Source of the DNA: Stegostoma tigrinum
Lineage: Eukaryota
Assembly: GCF_030684315.1 (NCBI RefSeq)
Contig: NC_081372.1
Location: 1,367,920 to 1,431,919, forward strand
Direction of reading: 5' to 3'
Length of the DNA: 64,000 nt
The position numbers were made by a program, and so were the translations under genes. Of this stretch, positions 13,540-26,300 are shown one piece after another; position 1 is the first letter of the stretch; every line of letters begins with the position of its first letter. The notes under the pieces were generated by a model, which made no database searches, was not told the origin of the DNA, and was given only the letters and a program-made list of their open reading frames with translations.

Positions 13540-14475
13540 TTATAGAGTCATAGAGCTGTACAGCATGTTAACAGTCCAGGTCTAACTCGTCCATGCTGAC
13601 CAGATATCCTAAATTAATCTAGTCCCATCTCCCAACATTTGGCCCATATCCCTCTAAACCCTTCCTACTCATATACCCATCCAGATGCCTTTTAAATGTT
13701 GTAATTGTACCAGCCTCCACCACATCCTCTGGCAGCTCATTCCATACACACACCACCCTCTGCGTGAAAAAGTTGTCCCTCAGGTCCCTTTTAAATCTTT
13801 CCCCTCTCGCCCTTCCCCTTTTCCCTCCAGCTTCGGACTCCTCGACTCCAAGGAAAAGACTTTGTCTATTTACCCACTCCATGACCTACATGATTAAACC
13901 TCTATAAGGTCACCCGTCAGCCTCCGATGGTCCAGGGAAAATACCCCAGCCTGTTCAGTGTCTCCCTGTAGCTCAAACCCTCCAACCCCTGCAACATCCT
14001 CGTAAATCTTTTCTGAACCCTTTCGAGTTTCACAACATCCTTCCTGTAGCAGGGAGCCCAGAATTGCGCACAGTATTTCAAAGGTGGCCTAACCAGTGTC
14101 CTGTACAGCTATAACATGACCCTCCCAACTCCCATACTCAATGCACTGACCTATAGAGGCAAGCATACCATGCACCTTCTTCACAATCCAATCTACCTGC
14201 AACTCCACTTTCACGGAACTATGAACCTTCACTCCAAGTTCAGCAATACTCCACAGGGCCCTACCATTAAGTGTATAAGTCCTGCCCTGATTTGCATTTC
14301 CAAAATGCAGCACTTCACATTTTTCTAAATTAAACTCCATCTGTCGCTCCTTGGCCCATCTAATCAAGATCCTGTTGTACTCGGAGGTAACCTACTTCAC
14401 TGTTCGTCTGCGAACTTACTAACCATACCTCCTTTGTTCATATACAAATCATTTATATAAATGACAAAAAGCAGT
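13540..14475 (-). mobile_element. CR1 LINE 3' fragment
   Basis: ORFs 14089..14367 (QMEFNLEKCEVLHFG) and 13619..13882 (FFTQRVVCVWNELP). Confidence 0.85.
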
Positions 14476-14811
14476 CTGTCGCAAACTCAGAACCTTTGCA
14501 AACAATTCCACTCTTCTCCATGTTACCGTTTTGGGGTTGAATTAAATTCTCATTCGGTTTTGTGTCCAACTCAATCCTGGGCTGAGGGTCTGAACCCATG
14601 TCCTCCTATTGTGAATGTCACGTCCTAAGTATCTGTCTCCACCTCAGCTCCTGCTGAAACTCTCATCCATCCACGCCTTTGGTGCATCCTAATATGGCCA
14701 TTCTGCAATTTTCAGACAGGCATTCCAGCTTACATCCTCTAGAAAGGGAGGTGGTGTTCTCATGGTAATCCCACTGGACCAGTGATCCATAACCTAACCT
14801 AATAAATTACA

Positions 14812-15030
14812 ATCAGAGATAATGGGAACTGCAGATGCTGGAGAATCTGAGATAACAAAGTGTGGAGCTGGATGAACACAGCAGGCCAAGCAGCATCTCA
14901 GGAGCACAAAAGCTAACGTTTCGGGCCTAGACCCTTCATCAGAGAAGGGTCTAGGCCCGAAACGTCAGCTTTTGTGCTCCTGAGATGCTGCTTGGCCTGC
15001 TGTGTTCATCCAGCTTCACACTTTGTTATC
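14812..15030. mobile_element. Palindromic Penelope-derived element with 10-bp TSD
   Basis: Inverted arms centred near 14942; CTAATAAATT at 14799-14808 and 15030-15039. Confidence 0.85.
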
Positions 15031-15044
15031 TAATAAATTTTAAA

Positions 15045-15715
15045 ATGCCCACATCCAAATTCAACAGGTAACAGGGAAGACAAATTGAACGTTGGCCTTT
15101 ATTTAAAAGGGAACAGAATATAAACACAGGGAGATCTTGCTAAAACCATACAAATTTCTAGTCAGACCTCAACCTAGAATACAGTGAACAAGTTGTGAAT
15201 CTCCTATGGGGATACCTTAGAGATATACCAGTTGTGCAGGAAGTCTGGAGAAGTTTGACTGAGCTGATCCCCGGTATGGAGGGGCGGCCTGACAAGGAGA
15301 AGTTCAGTAGGGTGAGCATGTACTCATTTGAATTGAGAAGAATTAGAGGTGACCTGCTAAAACAAAGAAACTTCTGAGGAGTTTTGGCAGGGGAGATGTG
15401 GAATGGTCATTTTCCCTTTGGGAGTGGCTAGGACCAGAGGGCATAATCTCAGATATGGGGTCACCCGTTGAAGACAGAGATGAGGAGGTTTTTTTTTCTG
15501 ACCGAGGAAGTCAATCTGTGGAATTCTTTATCACAGAGAGCTGTTGAGGCTGGGTCATTCAGCGTATTCAAGGCTGAGACAGACTGATTTTTATGAAGGG
15601 AATCAGAGGCTGTGGGGAGAAGTGGCGTTGACGATTATCAGATTCACCACGATCTCTTTGAATGGCTCAGCAGACTCGATGGGCTGAATGGCCTCCTCCC
15701 TCATCTAATGGTCTG
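15045..15715 (+). mobile_element. Decayed CR1 LINE 3' fragment
   Basis: Remnants such as ELRRIRGDL (ORF 15195..15377), CTGTGGAATTCTTTATCACAGAGAG and a GGGCTGAATGGCCT 3' UTR. Confidence 0.7.
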
Positions 15716-16077
15716 GGACATGGGCAATTGTTGAAGTTTGAATTGAGTAAAAATCCAGAATTTAAAGCTAGATTAATGAGGATTACATTACTTTTGTCAA
15801 TTATCAAGAAAAAACGCCTTCGGATTCACTCTTGTTTACTTAGGAATGCTGTTACATAGCACCTGGCACATCCTGAGAAGCCCTAAAGACCAAAGAGTTC
15901 TTCTGAAGGTAAATGGTCCCTCACTCGGTGTTATTCAGGTTATTCAGGCTATTCCGGGTCACAGCTGCGGCACTCACTGGGCCCAATGGTCACCCCCGAC
16001 CCACTTGGGCTGACTGACCGACAGCATCAGCTCAAATACCGGGCACCAGCAACCTCGACCACTCACAGCACGCGGCT

Positions 16078-16475
16078 CCTCCCAGCCAGCAGGGGCCGCT
16101 ATGGTGAGTCCTCCCAGCCAGCAGGGGCCGCCATGGTGAGTCCTCCCAGCCAGCAGGGGCCGCCATGGTGAGTCCTCCCAGCCAGCAGGGCCCGCTACGG
16201 TGAGTCCTCCCAGCCAGCAGGGCCCGCTACGGTGAGTCCTCCCAGCCAGCAGGGCCCGCTACGGTGAGTCCTCCCAATCAGCAGGGCCCGCTACGGTGAC
16301 TCCTCCCAGCCAGCAGGGCCCGCTACGGTGAGTCCTCCCAGTCAGCAGGGACCGCTACGGTGAGTCCTCCCAGCCAGCAGGGCCCGCTATGGTGAGTCCT
16401 CCCAGCCAGCAGGGGCGGTGCAGTGAATCCTCCCAGTCAAGGGGAGGCGGAACGATGAGACCTCCCAGCCAGTAA
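16078..16475 (+). repeat. 32-bp GC-rich minisatellite, ~12 copies (CCTCCCAGCCAGCAGGGCCCGCTACGGTGAGT)
   Basis: Period measured directly (TGAGTC at 16201 and 16233); the array decays towards ~16570. Confidence 0.95.
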
Positions 16476-16699
16476 GTGGCGATACTGATTCCACCAAGCC
16501 AACAGCGCCCGGTACAGGGACGCTGCCCGGCACACAGGGGGCGGTACCGCGAGTCTTCCCAGCCCACGGGGGCGGTACAGTGAGTTCACCTCCCGAATAA
16601 TCGTGAAACGGGGATTAAATCTGTCTAAAATGATAAACAATTGAATGATATGTGAAAATTGCCGATTTCACGCCGTTTAATTGCTTGTTGGAACAGAGT

Positions 16700-17340
16700 G
16701 CAGACTGGGAGTGAGGGCGGACACTCAAGATGGCGGAGGGCCGCTGCCCCAATGCCGGCTGGGAGTGAGGGCGGGTACTCAAGATGGCGGAGGGCTGCAG
16801 ACGCAGTTTCCGTGGAAGAATCACTGGACCGGAAACGTTAAGTCAGTTTTTTTGCCTTCACAGATGCTGTCAGACCTGCTGAACGTTTCCAGCAACTTTG
16901 TTTTAGTGACGTAGTGCCGGCTGGGAGTGAGGGCGGTCAATCAAGATGGCGGAGGGCCGCTGCCGCAGAGCCGGCTGGGAGTGAGGGCGGGCTGTGGAAG
17001 ATGGCGGCGTTGAGAGCGGCGGCGGGGAGCGGGCGAGGTCTCCTCCAGACCCGCCAGAAAACCTTCCAGCTCTGTAAGGTGAGGGCGGCCCAGGAGCCGG
17101 GCCTTCGGGCACGGACCCTGGGAGCCGGGCCGCGTTCGGGTTTCGGAACGAGCGCCTGGCGCTTCAGACTGCGGCCCGGCCTCGTCTCAAGGTCACCGCC
17201 CCCGGCCCCGAGCGGCTCCGGACACCGCGGGGTCCCGGGGCCTGCGGCTGAACCCGGGGAGCAGCACGAACAGGGAACGGCCGTGAGCACCACCCCCGCC
17301 CCCGATCTCCTCAGGCCTGGGTTGTATGAACCCCCCCCCC
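16700..17340 (+). promoter_or_regulatory. CpG-island promoter of CYC1 with four GC-box/YY1-like modules
   Basis: CpG-rich; CTGGGAGTGAGGGCGG followed by AAGATGGCGG (YY1 consensus) four times, the last overlapping the CYC1 ATG at 17001. Confidence 0.8.
17001..17078 (+). CDS. CYC1: CYC1 exon 1 (mitochondrial presequence [26 protein letters not shown])
   Basis: Kozak-like AAGATGG; Arg-rich and acid-free; donor AAG|GTGAGG; phase 0 matches exon 2. Confidence 0.9.
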
Positions 17341-20300
17341 CCCATCCCCCCCCCATCCCCCGGGCTTCTTTGTAAAGTAGATTGGGGTGAGTGTTCGACC
17401 CCTGAAACCTCCTGCTTTTCATCGTCATCCCGGTTGGCCCGTGGTTTTTAATTGTACTTTTCAAACATCCTGGCTCCCACCTGCCCCAATCCTGCTGCAG
17501 TTACTTCTGACTCTGTCCTGGGTTACACCTGAACTCAGCCTGATGTACGTCCCCTCCTTTCTGAGAAGCACAGAACTAATGACTCTCTGGGAGAGGGGAT
17601 TGCTGGTAATCTCTGTTTCAAGCAGAGGACCCCTTTATTGTCAAACTTGCCGCTTTGTTCTACACAAGCAGCAGCAGTTTCGCTCCATCTACCTGGTGCA
17701 GACCCCACAGTGCTGTCCTTCAGTAAAGTCACTTTTTGTTCTTCCAACTGCTGAGAGTTCAGGCTCCCCCGATCTACCTTTCCTCAACTGCTTCAGCGTA
17801 GGAATGGACCTTCCTGGAAATGCCTCCAGTGCAACCTTCCTTAAACAAGGAGAGTGAAACAACACACAGCTCCACTGTACGGTGGACCTGACCTTTTATA
17901 TTTTATCCCTTGAAATGAAGGCCAATGTTTCATTTACTTTCCTAATTACCTGCTGTCTCTTAGTGCTAAATGTGTGTCTCATGCACAAAGGCACCTAGGT
18001 CTCCCTCTGCCACAGCAACTCAAATAGAGTACACTGCCCAGTTCCCATTTAATCCAGGAACAAAAACAGAAGCTGCTGGAAAAACTCAGCAGGTTTGGCA
18101 GCATCTGTGAAGAAAAGAAAAAAGTCAGAGTTAATGTTTCAGGTCCAGTGACCCTTCCTCAGAACAGTTCTGAAACATTAACTCAGATCTTTTTGTCACT
18201 GCTGCCAGACCTGCTGAGCTTTCCCAGCAGCTTCTGTTTTTGTTCCTGGTTTACAGCATCCACAGTTTTTTTCGTTTTTATTTCCCATTTTATACGACCT
18301 GTTTAATTATATCTTATAAATTTGACAGAAATGGTTTCCCTTTCTCAGAATCATGGTGAGTCTGCCTTGTCATATAGTGGCTTTCTAGAATTTCTGCCAC
18401 AGCCTCCTTAAAACTGAATTTAACTGCCTTCCCAATGACAGGCATTAGGCTAACTGGCCTAAGGTTTCCTGCTTTCTGTGTCTCTATTTGAGAGTGGAGA
18501 TGTTGAACTTTTTTTGAGAGTGGAGAATGTGAGAGATTCCCTAGTTTTGGAAAGGTCTTTGGGAAGATTACAACCAATGTGTCTATTGTCTATTATCTCT
18601 GTAGCTACTTCCTTTTAATGCTGTAGGAAGGAGGCCATCAGGCCTGGGGGCTCTTATCAGATTTTAGTTTTCCCAGCAGCCGCCTTTTGGTTTTGAATAT
18701 TTTTAATTCCTCTCTTCTTTCTCCCCACTTGTGCCACAATTTTCTATTGCTATTGATGCTTTTTGTATTTTCTGCTTATTCAAAGACTCTCTTCTGATGC
18801 CTTGTTTCTATTATTATTAGTTCTGTAAACTTCTCTTCTCTTTTTAATGGATCAACACAAGAATCAGGAGCAGATGTAAATATTTGGCCAGTCAAGCCTG
18901 CTCCACCTTTCAATACGATCATGTCTGATCTGGGGTTTCAGCTCCACTTTCCTGCCTTCTCCCCATCTTCCTCATGTTCCTGAGAGATATCCTAGTGCTA
19001 GACGTAGACAATAATAGAACATCCTCTTGGACAATCCTAAAGATTCACAACTTTCTGAGTCTTAAACGGTTGGCCCCTTGTCCTGATACAGTAACTCCAT
19101 CATTTACCAGAGCAACTCTACCTCCTAGTATATTGTAGAAGCTCTTACCATCTGTGTTTATATTTTTTTGCTAGTTTACACTCATTCTAATTTCTCCATT
19201 CTTCTAATCATCCCTGCTGATTCCCACACTTGCCCCACCTTCTGGCCTGATAATTGTTGTGGCATTTTCCTTCAGTCTGTCTAAGTAAAAGGTCAGTCTG
19301 GGTATTCCAACCTCTAACAAGAGTTACTGGCCTCTGAGGGGGTGGAGAACAGATTATTCACCAGAATAATACTGAGGGGCTGGATTTCTGTGCTTAAAAT
19401 CTAAACTTTGGGAAGGTCTTGGAGCACAAGTGCCTGATTCACCATGATGGGAAAGGCTGTGAATATTGAGTGAAAACCTTTGAAGGAATTTTTCTGTACA
19501 TTCCCTTTAATGTTTATCACAGATTTTTTAAAAGTGGAAAAACGTCTGTCTACTCTGTGGTGTGATTTTTCAGTTGGATTCTGATCAGCATCTCCAGTTT
19601 CAACGTCTGACCTCTTGTGTCTTGTAGGCAAAGATGTCCTTTGCTAACCTGTCCCGTGGGAAGAAGGTAGCTTTATCAACGTTAGGTGTTCTTGCTGCCG
19701 GGGGCAGTGCACTTGCCTTGACGCTGCACCATTCGGTGTATGCAGAGCTGGAACTCCATGCTCCCAGTTACCCCTGGAATCACAGCGGATTCTTGTCTGC
19801 CCTTGATCATGCCAGGTGAGAGAATTACAATCTCTGGGCTGTTTATTTGGGTAAGACTTGATTTTGGTGTTGGATACTAAAATGGCCCTCAGCCACTCGC
19901 TTGGTTTAGACAGTTGGTCAGTGTGAAATTGAACAGTACAAGTTAGGGTTTGGAAAAATACTGTTCAGGTCTTTACAGGGAAAAGACAGGAGGATGGCAG
20001 GAGACAAACTGTTTGCTCAGAGAGCTGGTGCAGACACAGTGGGCCGAATGGCTACTTTCTGCATTGCAACAATTCAGTGGTTCTGTTCCATTGCTGGTCT
20101 GTGCTGTTAATGTATCCAAGTTACTGATGATGCCAGTATCAGGCTGGAAAGTAAGCTGCTAGAATGTGAAGAAGCTGCATAAGAATTCTAACAAATTAAA
20201 TAAATGGGTGAGAACACAGGAAATGGAATAAAATGTAAACATTGTTAAGATTTTTAAGTGAACAGAGTGGATTTTTTCATAGGATCTGAGTACATCTGGC

Positions 20301-23300
20301 AAGGCCATCCCTAATGGCCCAGGAGAAGCTGGTGATGAGCTGCTGCACTCATTGGTGGGGACAGGGACACCTACAATGCCTTTAGGAAACTCCAGGATTT
20401 TGACCCAGCGGCAGTGAAAGAACGGTGATATATTTCCAACTCAGGGTGGTGAGCAGCTTGGATAGGAACTTGCAGGGGGTGGTGTTGCCATGTATGTGCT
20501 GTTCTTGTCCTTCTAGATGGTTGTGGGTTTGGAAGATGCTGTTGAAAGAGCCTTAGTGAATTCTTTGAGTGCATCTTTTATACACTGTGCATTGGTGGTG
20601 AGGGGAGTGAATATTAAAGGAGGTGGGTGGGGTGTAATTCAAGGTGGTTACATTATCCTGGATGGCATTGTGCCTCTTGACAAACCAAAAACATGGGGTG
20701 TGGGAATAAATGGATCTTTTTCTGGCTAGCGGGGTCTATTAGTGGTGTAACACTGAGATCAGTGCTTGGGCCCCAGTTATTAGTTATAAATGACTTGGAT
20801 GAGGGAGCCAAATGACTCAAAATTTTAGGTGGGATTGAGAGTTGAGGGTAACGCAAGGTGGCTTCAAGGTGACTTGTCTAAATCAAATGAATGGGCAAAC
20901 ACATGGCAGCTACAGTACAATGTGGACAAATTTGACATTCTGTACTTCAGTACGAGAAGCAAGATGTTATTTAAACTGTGATATACTGAGCATGTGGATA
21001 TATAAAGGATCTGGTTGTCTTTTCCAGTTGAGGTATGTACACAGGCAGGTGCAGCAAGCAATTAGGAAGGCCAATAAAATACTGGCCTCCATAGTAAGAG
21101 GATTGGAGCTCAGAAGTAGAGATATCCTACTGCAGTTATACAGGGCCCTGGTGAGACCACAGCTGGAGCATTGAGCACAGGTTTAGTCTCCCTACTCTGT
21201 GCAGTGGAGGTTCACTGGGCTGATACTAGGGACTGGGCCTGTACTCACTGGATTTTAGAAGGATCAGAGAAGCCTCTGATTGAAACATCTAACAGGACTA
21301 GACAGACAAGTTGCAGGGAGGATGTTTGCCATGCTTGGGCAGTCTCGAACCAGGGTGTACAGTTTCAGCATATGGGGAAGACCATTTAGGACTGAGACGA
21401 AGAAACGTTTCTTCAGTTGGAAGCCGGTCAGCCTGTGAATTCTCAACCACACGGTGCTGTGGAGACCAAGTCACTGAATAGAGCCAAAGTAAAAATTTAT
21501 TATCGAAGGCATCATGGGGTATTGTGAGAAAGTGGGAATATGGCATTGCAATAGAGGTTCAGCGATGATCATTCTGAATGGCAAAGCATGTTTGAAGGGC
21601 CACACGAACACCTGCTGCTCCTAGCTTCCATGTTGCACTGGTCCAAGCAGACATGGAGCATTCCACCACACTCCTGACCTGTGCCTTGTAGCCAGTAGAC
21701 AGGCTGTGGGCTCACAGGAAGTGACTTCTCCTTCCTGAAGTTCAGGCCTTAACATAGAAGCACAGAAGATTGGATCAGGAATAGGCTATTTGACCCCTCG
21801 AGCCTGCGCTGCTGTCCGTAATGGTCATGGCTGATCATTGAGCTCCATACTCTGACAATGCCCCCGCTCCTCAGCCCTCCATATCCTTGATCCCCGAACA
21901 CTACATCTACCTCCTCCTTGAAAATGTTTTGACTTCAACTATGTTTTGTGGCAGTGATTTTTTCCACAGGTTCATCTTTTTCGGCATGAAGAAATTTCTT
22001 CTGGTCTCAGTCATAAATGGTTTATCCCTTATTCTTAAGCTATGACCCTTGGCTCTGGACTAGCCCACCATTGTGAACATCCTTCCTGCATCTAACCTGT
22101 CTGACCATGTTAGAATTTGATACATTTCATTGAGATCTCCTCCCCCACCGACGTCCCCAATTCTTCTAAGCTCCAGTGAACGCAGTCCTAACTGACTCGA
22201 TCTCTCCTCATGTGTCAGTCCTACCATTTCAGGAATCAATTTGGTAAACCTTTGCTGTGTTCCCTCTGCACCAAGAATATCCTTCCTCAGATAAGGAGAC
22301 CAAAACTGCACATAGTGTCCCAAATGTGGAGACTGAATAGGCTGGGGCTTTTTTCCCTGGAGTGTCGGAGGCTGAGGTTTATAAAATAATAAAGTGAGTA
22401 GATAGGGTGAACAGCTGAGGTCTTTTCCCTGGGGGGGGTAGTGGAGCCCAAAACTAGAGGGCTTTGTTTGAAGGTGACGGGGAAAGATTTAAAAGGGACT
22501 CCGGGGTAACTTTTTCAAGCATGAGGGTGGTACATGATTGGAGCGTGCTGCTAGAAGAAGTGATGGAGGCAGGTAGGATTATAACGCTTACAAGGCATCT
22601 GGGTGGGCACATGGAGGGACCGAATGCAGGCAAATGGGACTAGATCAGTTTAGGATATCTAGTTGGCACAGATGAGTTGGATTGAAGAGCCTGTTTTCTG
22701 TTCTGTATAACTCTCTATGGCCTTACCAATGTCCTGTTTAATTGCAGCAAGACATCCATGTTCCTGTACTCAAATTGTCTCGTTGTGAAGACCAACTTGC
22801 AGTTTACTGTCTTCACTGTCTGCTGCACCTGCACACTTACATTCAGCAACAGATGCGCAAGGACACCCATATCTTATAGCCACTGTGTTTCTGTGGTTGG
22901 TTCATTTCAGTTTCTCGTCAGTAGTAATCCCCAGGATGTTCGCATTCAGAGGGTTCTGGGTGTCCTTTGTAATTAGAAAGTTTACATGCAATTATGATAA
23001 ATAATCGCAAAATCAGAGAACCTTGAAGAGCTGAAGGAGGCCCTTTGGCCCAGAGTCCACATGGACCCTCTGAAGAGCTTCCCACCCAACTTCAAGGGTT
23101 GACCGAGTCCAAGACTTTGTAGTTTTAAAACATTGATACTTTGGTGATTCTCATTGTGGGTGAAAGTTTCTGGCTGGGTTGAGGTGGGTGCTTGGACTAT
23201 TTTCTTTTAATCTTGGAGGATGGTATTAAGGTACACTGATTTGAAATTGCTGTCCTGTTTTATTTCCAGTGTTCGTCGTGGTTACCAGGTCTACAAGCAG

Positions 23301-26300
23301 GTCTGTGCAGCCTGCCACAGTATGGAATACGTGGCCTTTCGGAACCTCATTGGAGCGACACATACCGAGGAAGAGGCCAAGGCTCTAGCCGAGGAGGTGA
23401 GTGTCACAGAGTCATTCTTTACTTCTCTTGTTGAGCTGAGCGATGTGTGCCTGGGTGTTACTCTGATAATACCATCCAGTATTTTAAGCCTCGGGCTGCC
23501 CAGTTGGTGGACAGTGAGAGTTGAATGCAGTGTGAAGATCCTCTGCTTTGCCGCTTAACAGACTGACATTTCCATTTCCTACCACGGCATCTGATTTGTG
23601 ACCCCTGGCCTCGTTAAAGTGAATTAATGTTTGTCTACAATCGTGTCGCTCTCGGGCTTTGTGTCCAGTGGAGTACCATCCCATCAGTCTCAGCTGGATG
23701 AAAAAAACAATCTCCGACCTCTCAGAATCAGAGAGATATTATAGAAAGTTGCCTTTCAACTATTGTGCTAACACTAGCTCTTCAAATGAGCATCATTACC
23801 TTGTACCAATCTCTCCTCATATCCTTGCACGCTACTTTTCTGAAAATAATTAACCAATCCCCTCAAATGCTCCAACTTACAGGCAGTGCAATCCATACCC
23901 TAACAACTCGCTGATAGGAGAAAACCTTTTTTCAATCACCTTTTGCTTTTACAAATCAGTATAAAGCTGTGCTCTCTTGCTCCTTTAACAAGCAGGAATT
24001 GTTTTTCCTTATTTATTCTACGCAGCCTGTTCATATCAAATCTCCTCATAGCCTTTTTCTGTCCAACGAGAACAATTCAAACTTTTTCAATCCATCTTCA
24101 ACTGAATATTCTCACCCTGGAACAGTTCTTGGAAATCACTTCTGCACTCCAGTGTATTCTCACATTTTCCTATAATATGGCACCCACCCTACACCATACT
24201 CCAGCTTGGGTCTAGCAAGTGTCCTATTCAAATGCACCGTCACCTCCTTAACTCCGTATTCTGTCAAAGAGACCAGATTTATTACAGCGTTTTTTTTCAT
24301 TGAAACACCACCTTGTGAAGTAGTTGCTAATGCTGTAACGAACAGGCATAGGCCATTCAGCCCCTGTAGCCTGCTCTGCCATGACTTTCTGATGTCCACT
24401 TTCCTGCCCTTTCCCCATAACTCTTAATTCTCCCAACAATCAAGATTTTTATCTCAGCCTTAAGTATACGTAGGACTCTGCCCCCACAGCTCTCTGGTAA
24501 AGAGTTCTAAAGATTTGCAACCCTCTGAGAGAAGTTCCTTCTTATCTTGGTCTTATATTGGCACCCATTTACTCTGAGACTGTGCTCTCTGGTCCTGATT
24601 CTTTAGGAACATATAACATCAATTGTTCTGAAACAGGAATCATAACATGATACAGCACAGGAAATGACCATTGGACTCATTATACTTTTATATTCCATTT
24701 TCCAACCATATTTTTTTCTTCAAAGTATTTATCCCTTTCCGTTTTGAATATAGTTAGTGAAATTGTTTCCGCTGTCCCTTAAGGCTTTTTTCCCCATTTC
24801 ATTCACGGGATGAGGGTGACCAATTCATTGCCCATCCCTAATTGCCCAGAGGGTAGTTAAGAGCCAACCACGTTGCTGTGGTTCTGGAGTCACATGTAGG
24901 TCAGACCAGGTAAAGATAACAGTTTCCTTCCCTAAAGGACATTAGTGAACCAGATGGGTTTTTCCAACAATGGATTCACAGTCATCATTAGATACTTAAT
25001 ACCAGATATTTTATTGAATTCAAATTCCACCATCTGCCGTGGTTGGATTCAAACCTGGGTCTGCAGAACATTATCTGGGTCTCTGGATCAACAATCCAGC
25101 GATAATATCACTAGATCATTGCCTCCCCTGGACTGTACATTTCCAGGTCGCAACTTGCTAAAATATTAAGTCTGTCCTCTGCCCTCTTTGCCACCTAACT
25201 GTGTTCGATTTGCATTCTGTTCAATCTACTTTATAAAGAAAATTTTAAAGTTTTATGAACATTTAACCACCCACCTCCCGCCTCAAAAAACCACCTTTGC
25301 TCTAAGGAGAACAATCCCAGCTTCTCCACGTCACTGAAGTCCCTCATCCTGATCCCATTCTTGTGAATCACCTCAACTCGAAGACCTTAATATCCTTCCT
25401 CAGAAAAAACCAGTGAACCCAGCACCAACCTCTGGGAATAGCACTGTATATTTCCCTGCAGTGTAGAAACATGGTTGATTCTCAACTACTGTGAAATGGC
25501 CTAACAAGCAACTTAGTTCAAAGGAAATTAAGAATGGGCAACAAGTGCTGGCCATGCCACGATGCCTACATCATTTTTAAAAAAAAATCACAACTGTTCA
25601 ACAACCTTGCTTTCTAGTTTTTATCCCTCAGTGGCTCCTGTATCCAAGCTCCTGTTGCCTGTCACTTTAATGCACCACCCTGTTCCCTGGTTGAAGTCTC
25701 TGTCCCAGGCTTGCTGCAGTGTTCCTGCAAAGTTCAGCACAAGCTGGAAGAACAGCACCTCATTTTCTCTTTAGGGACCCTGCAGCCCTCCAGGACTCAA
25801 TAGTGAGTTCAATGATTTTTGAGCCTGAACTCTTCCCATATCCTAGTTCCCTGTCCCAGACACCAGGCCTTGTTATCTCTCAGCCTGCTATTACACAGAT
25901 AGCCAGATGGTTATCAACTCCTTTGTCTGTCCAGCTGTTTTGTCTCTTTGGGCTCTATCCCCACCAATGGTTTACTCCTTAACCCCATCCTAAGTTCTGC
26001 ATATAAATTGTCATTTTCCAAGCTACCGTCAGTTTTGAGGGAGGGTCACTGGACCTGAAATGTTAACTCTGATTTTTCTTCACAGATGCCTCCAGACCTG
26101 TTGAGCTTTTCCAGCAACTTCTGTTTTTGTTCAAGAAGCCATTGTTGATTGTCAGGGGTAAAAAAGTCCATGTGGTTCACTAGTTCTCCCCTAAAAGACA
26201 TTAGTGTCTTTACCTGGTCTGGCATACATAAGGCAGCAGATCCACAGAAATATGGTTGAGTCTTAACTGCCCCCTGGACAATAAATGGTGCCTAGCCAGT

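Noticed and set aside
16914-17464. 153-aa (+) and 175-aa (-) ORFs at the CYC1 start
   Set aside because: GC-rich CpG-island ORFs; only 17001-17078 fits the spliced CYC1 frame.
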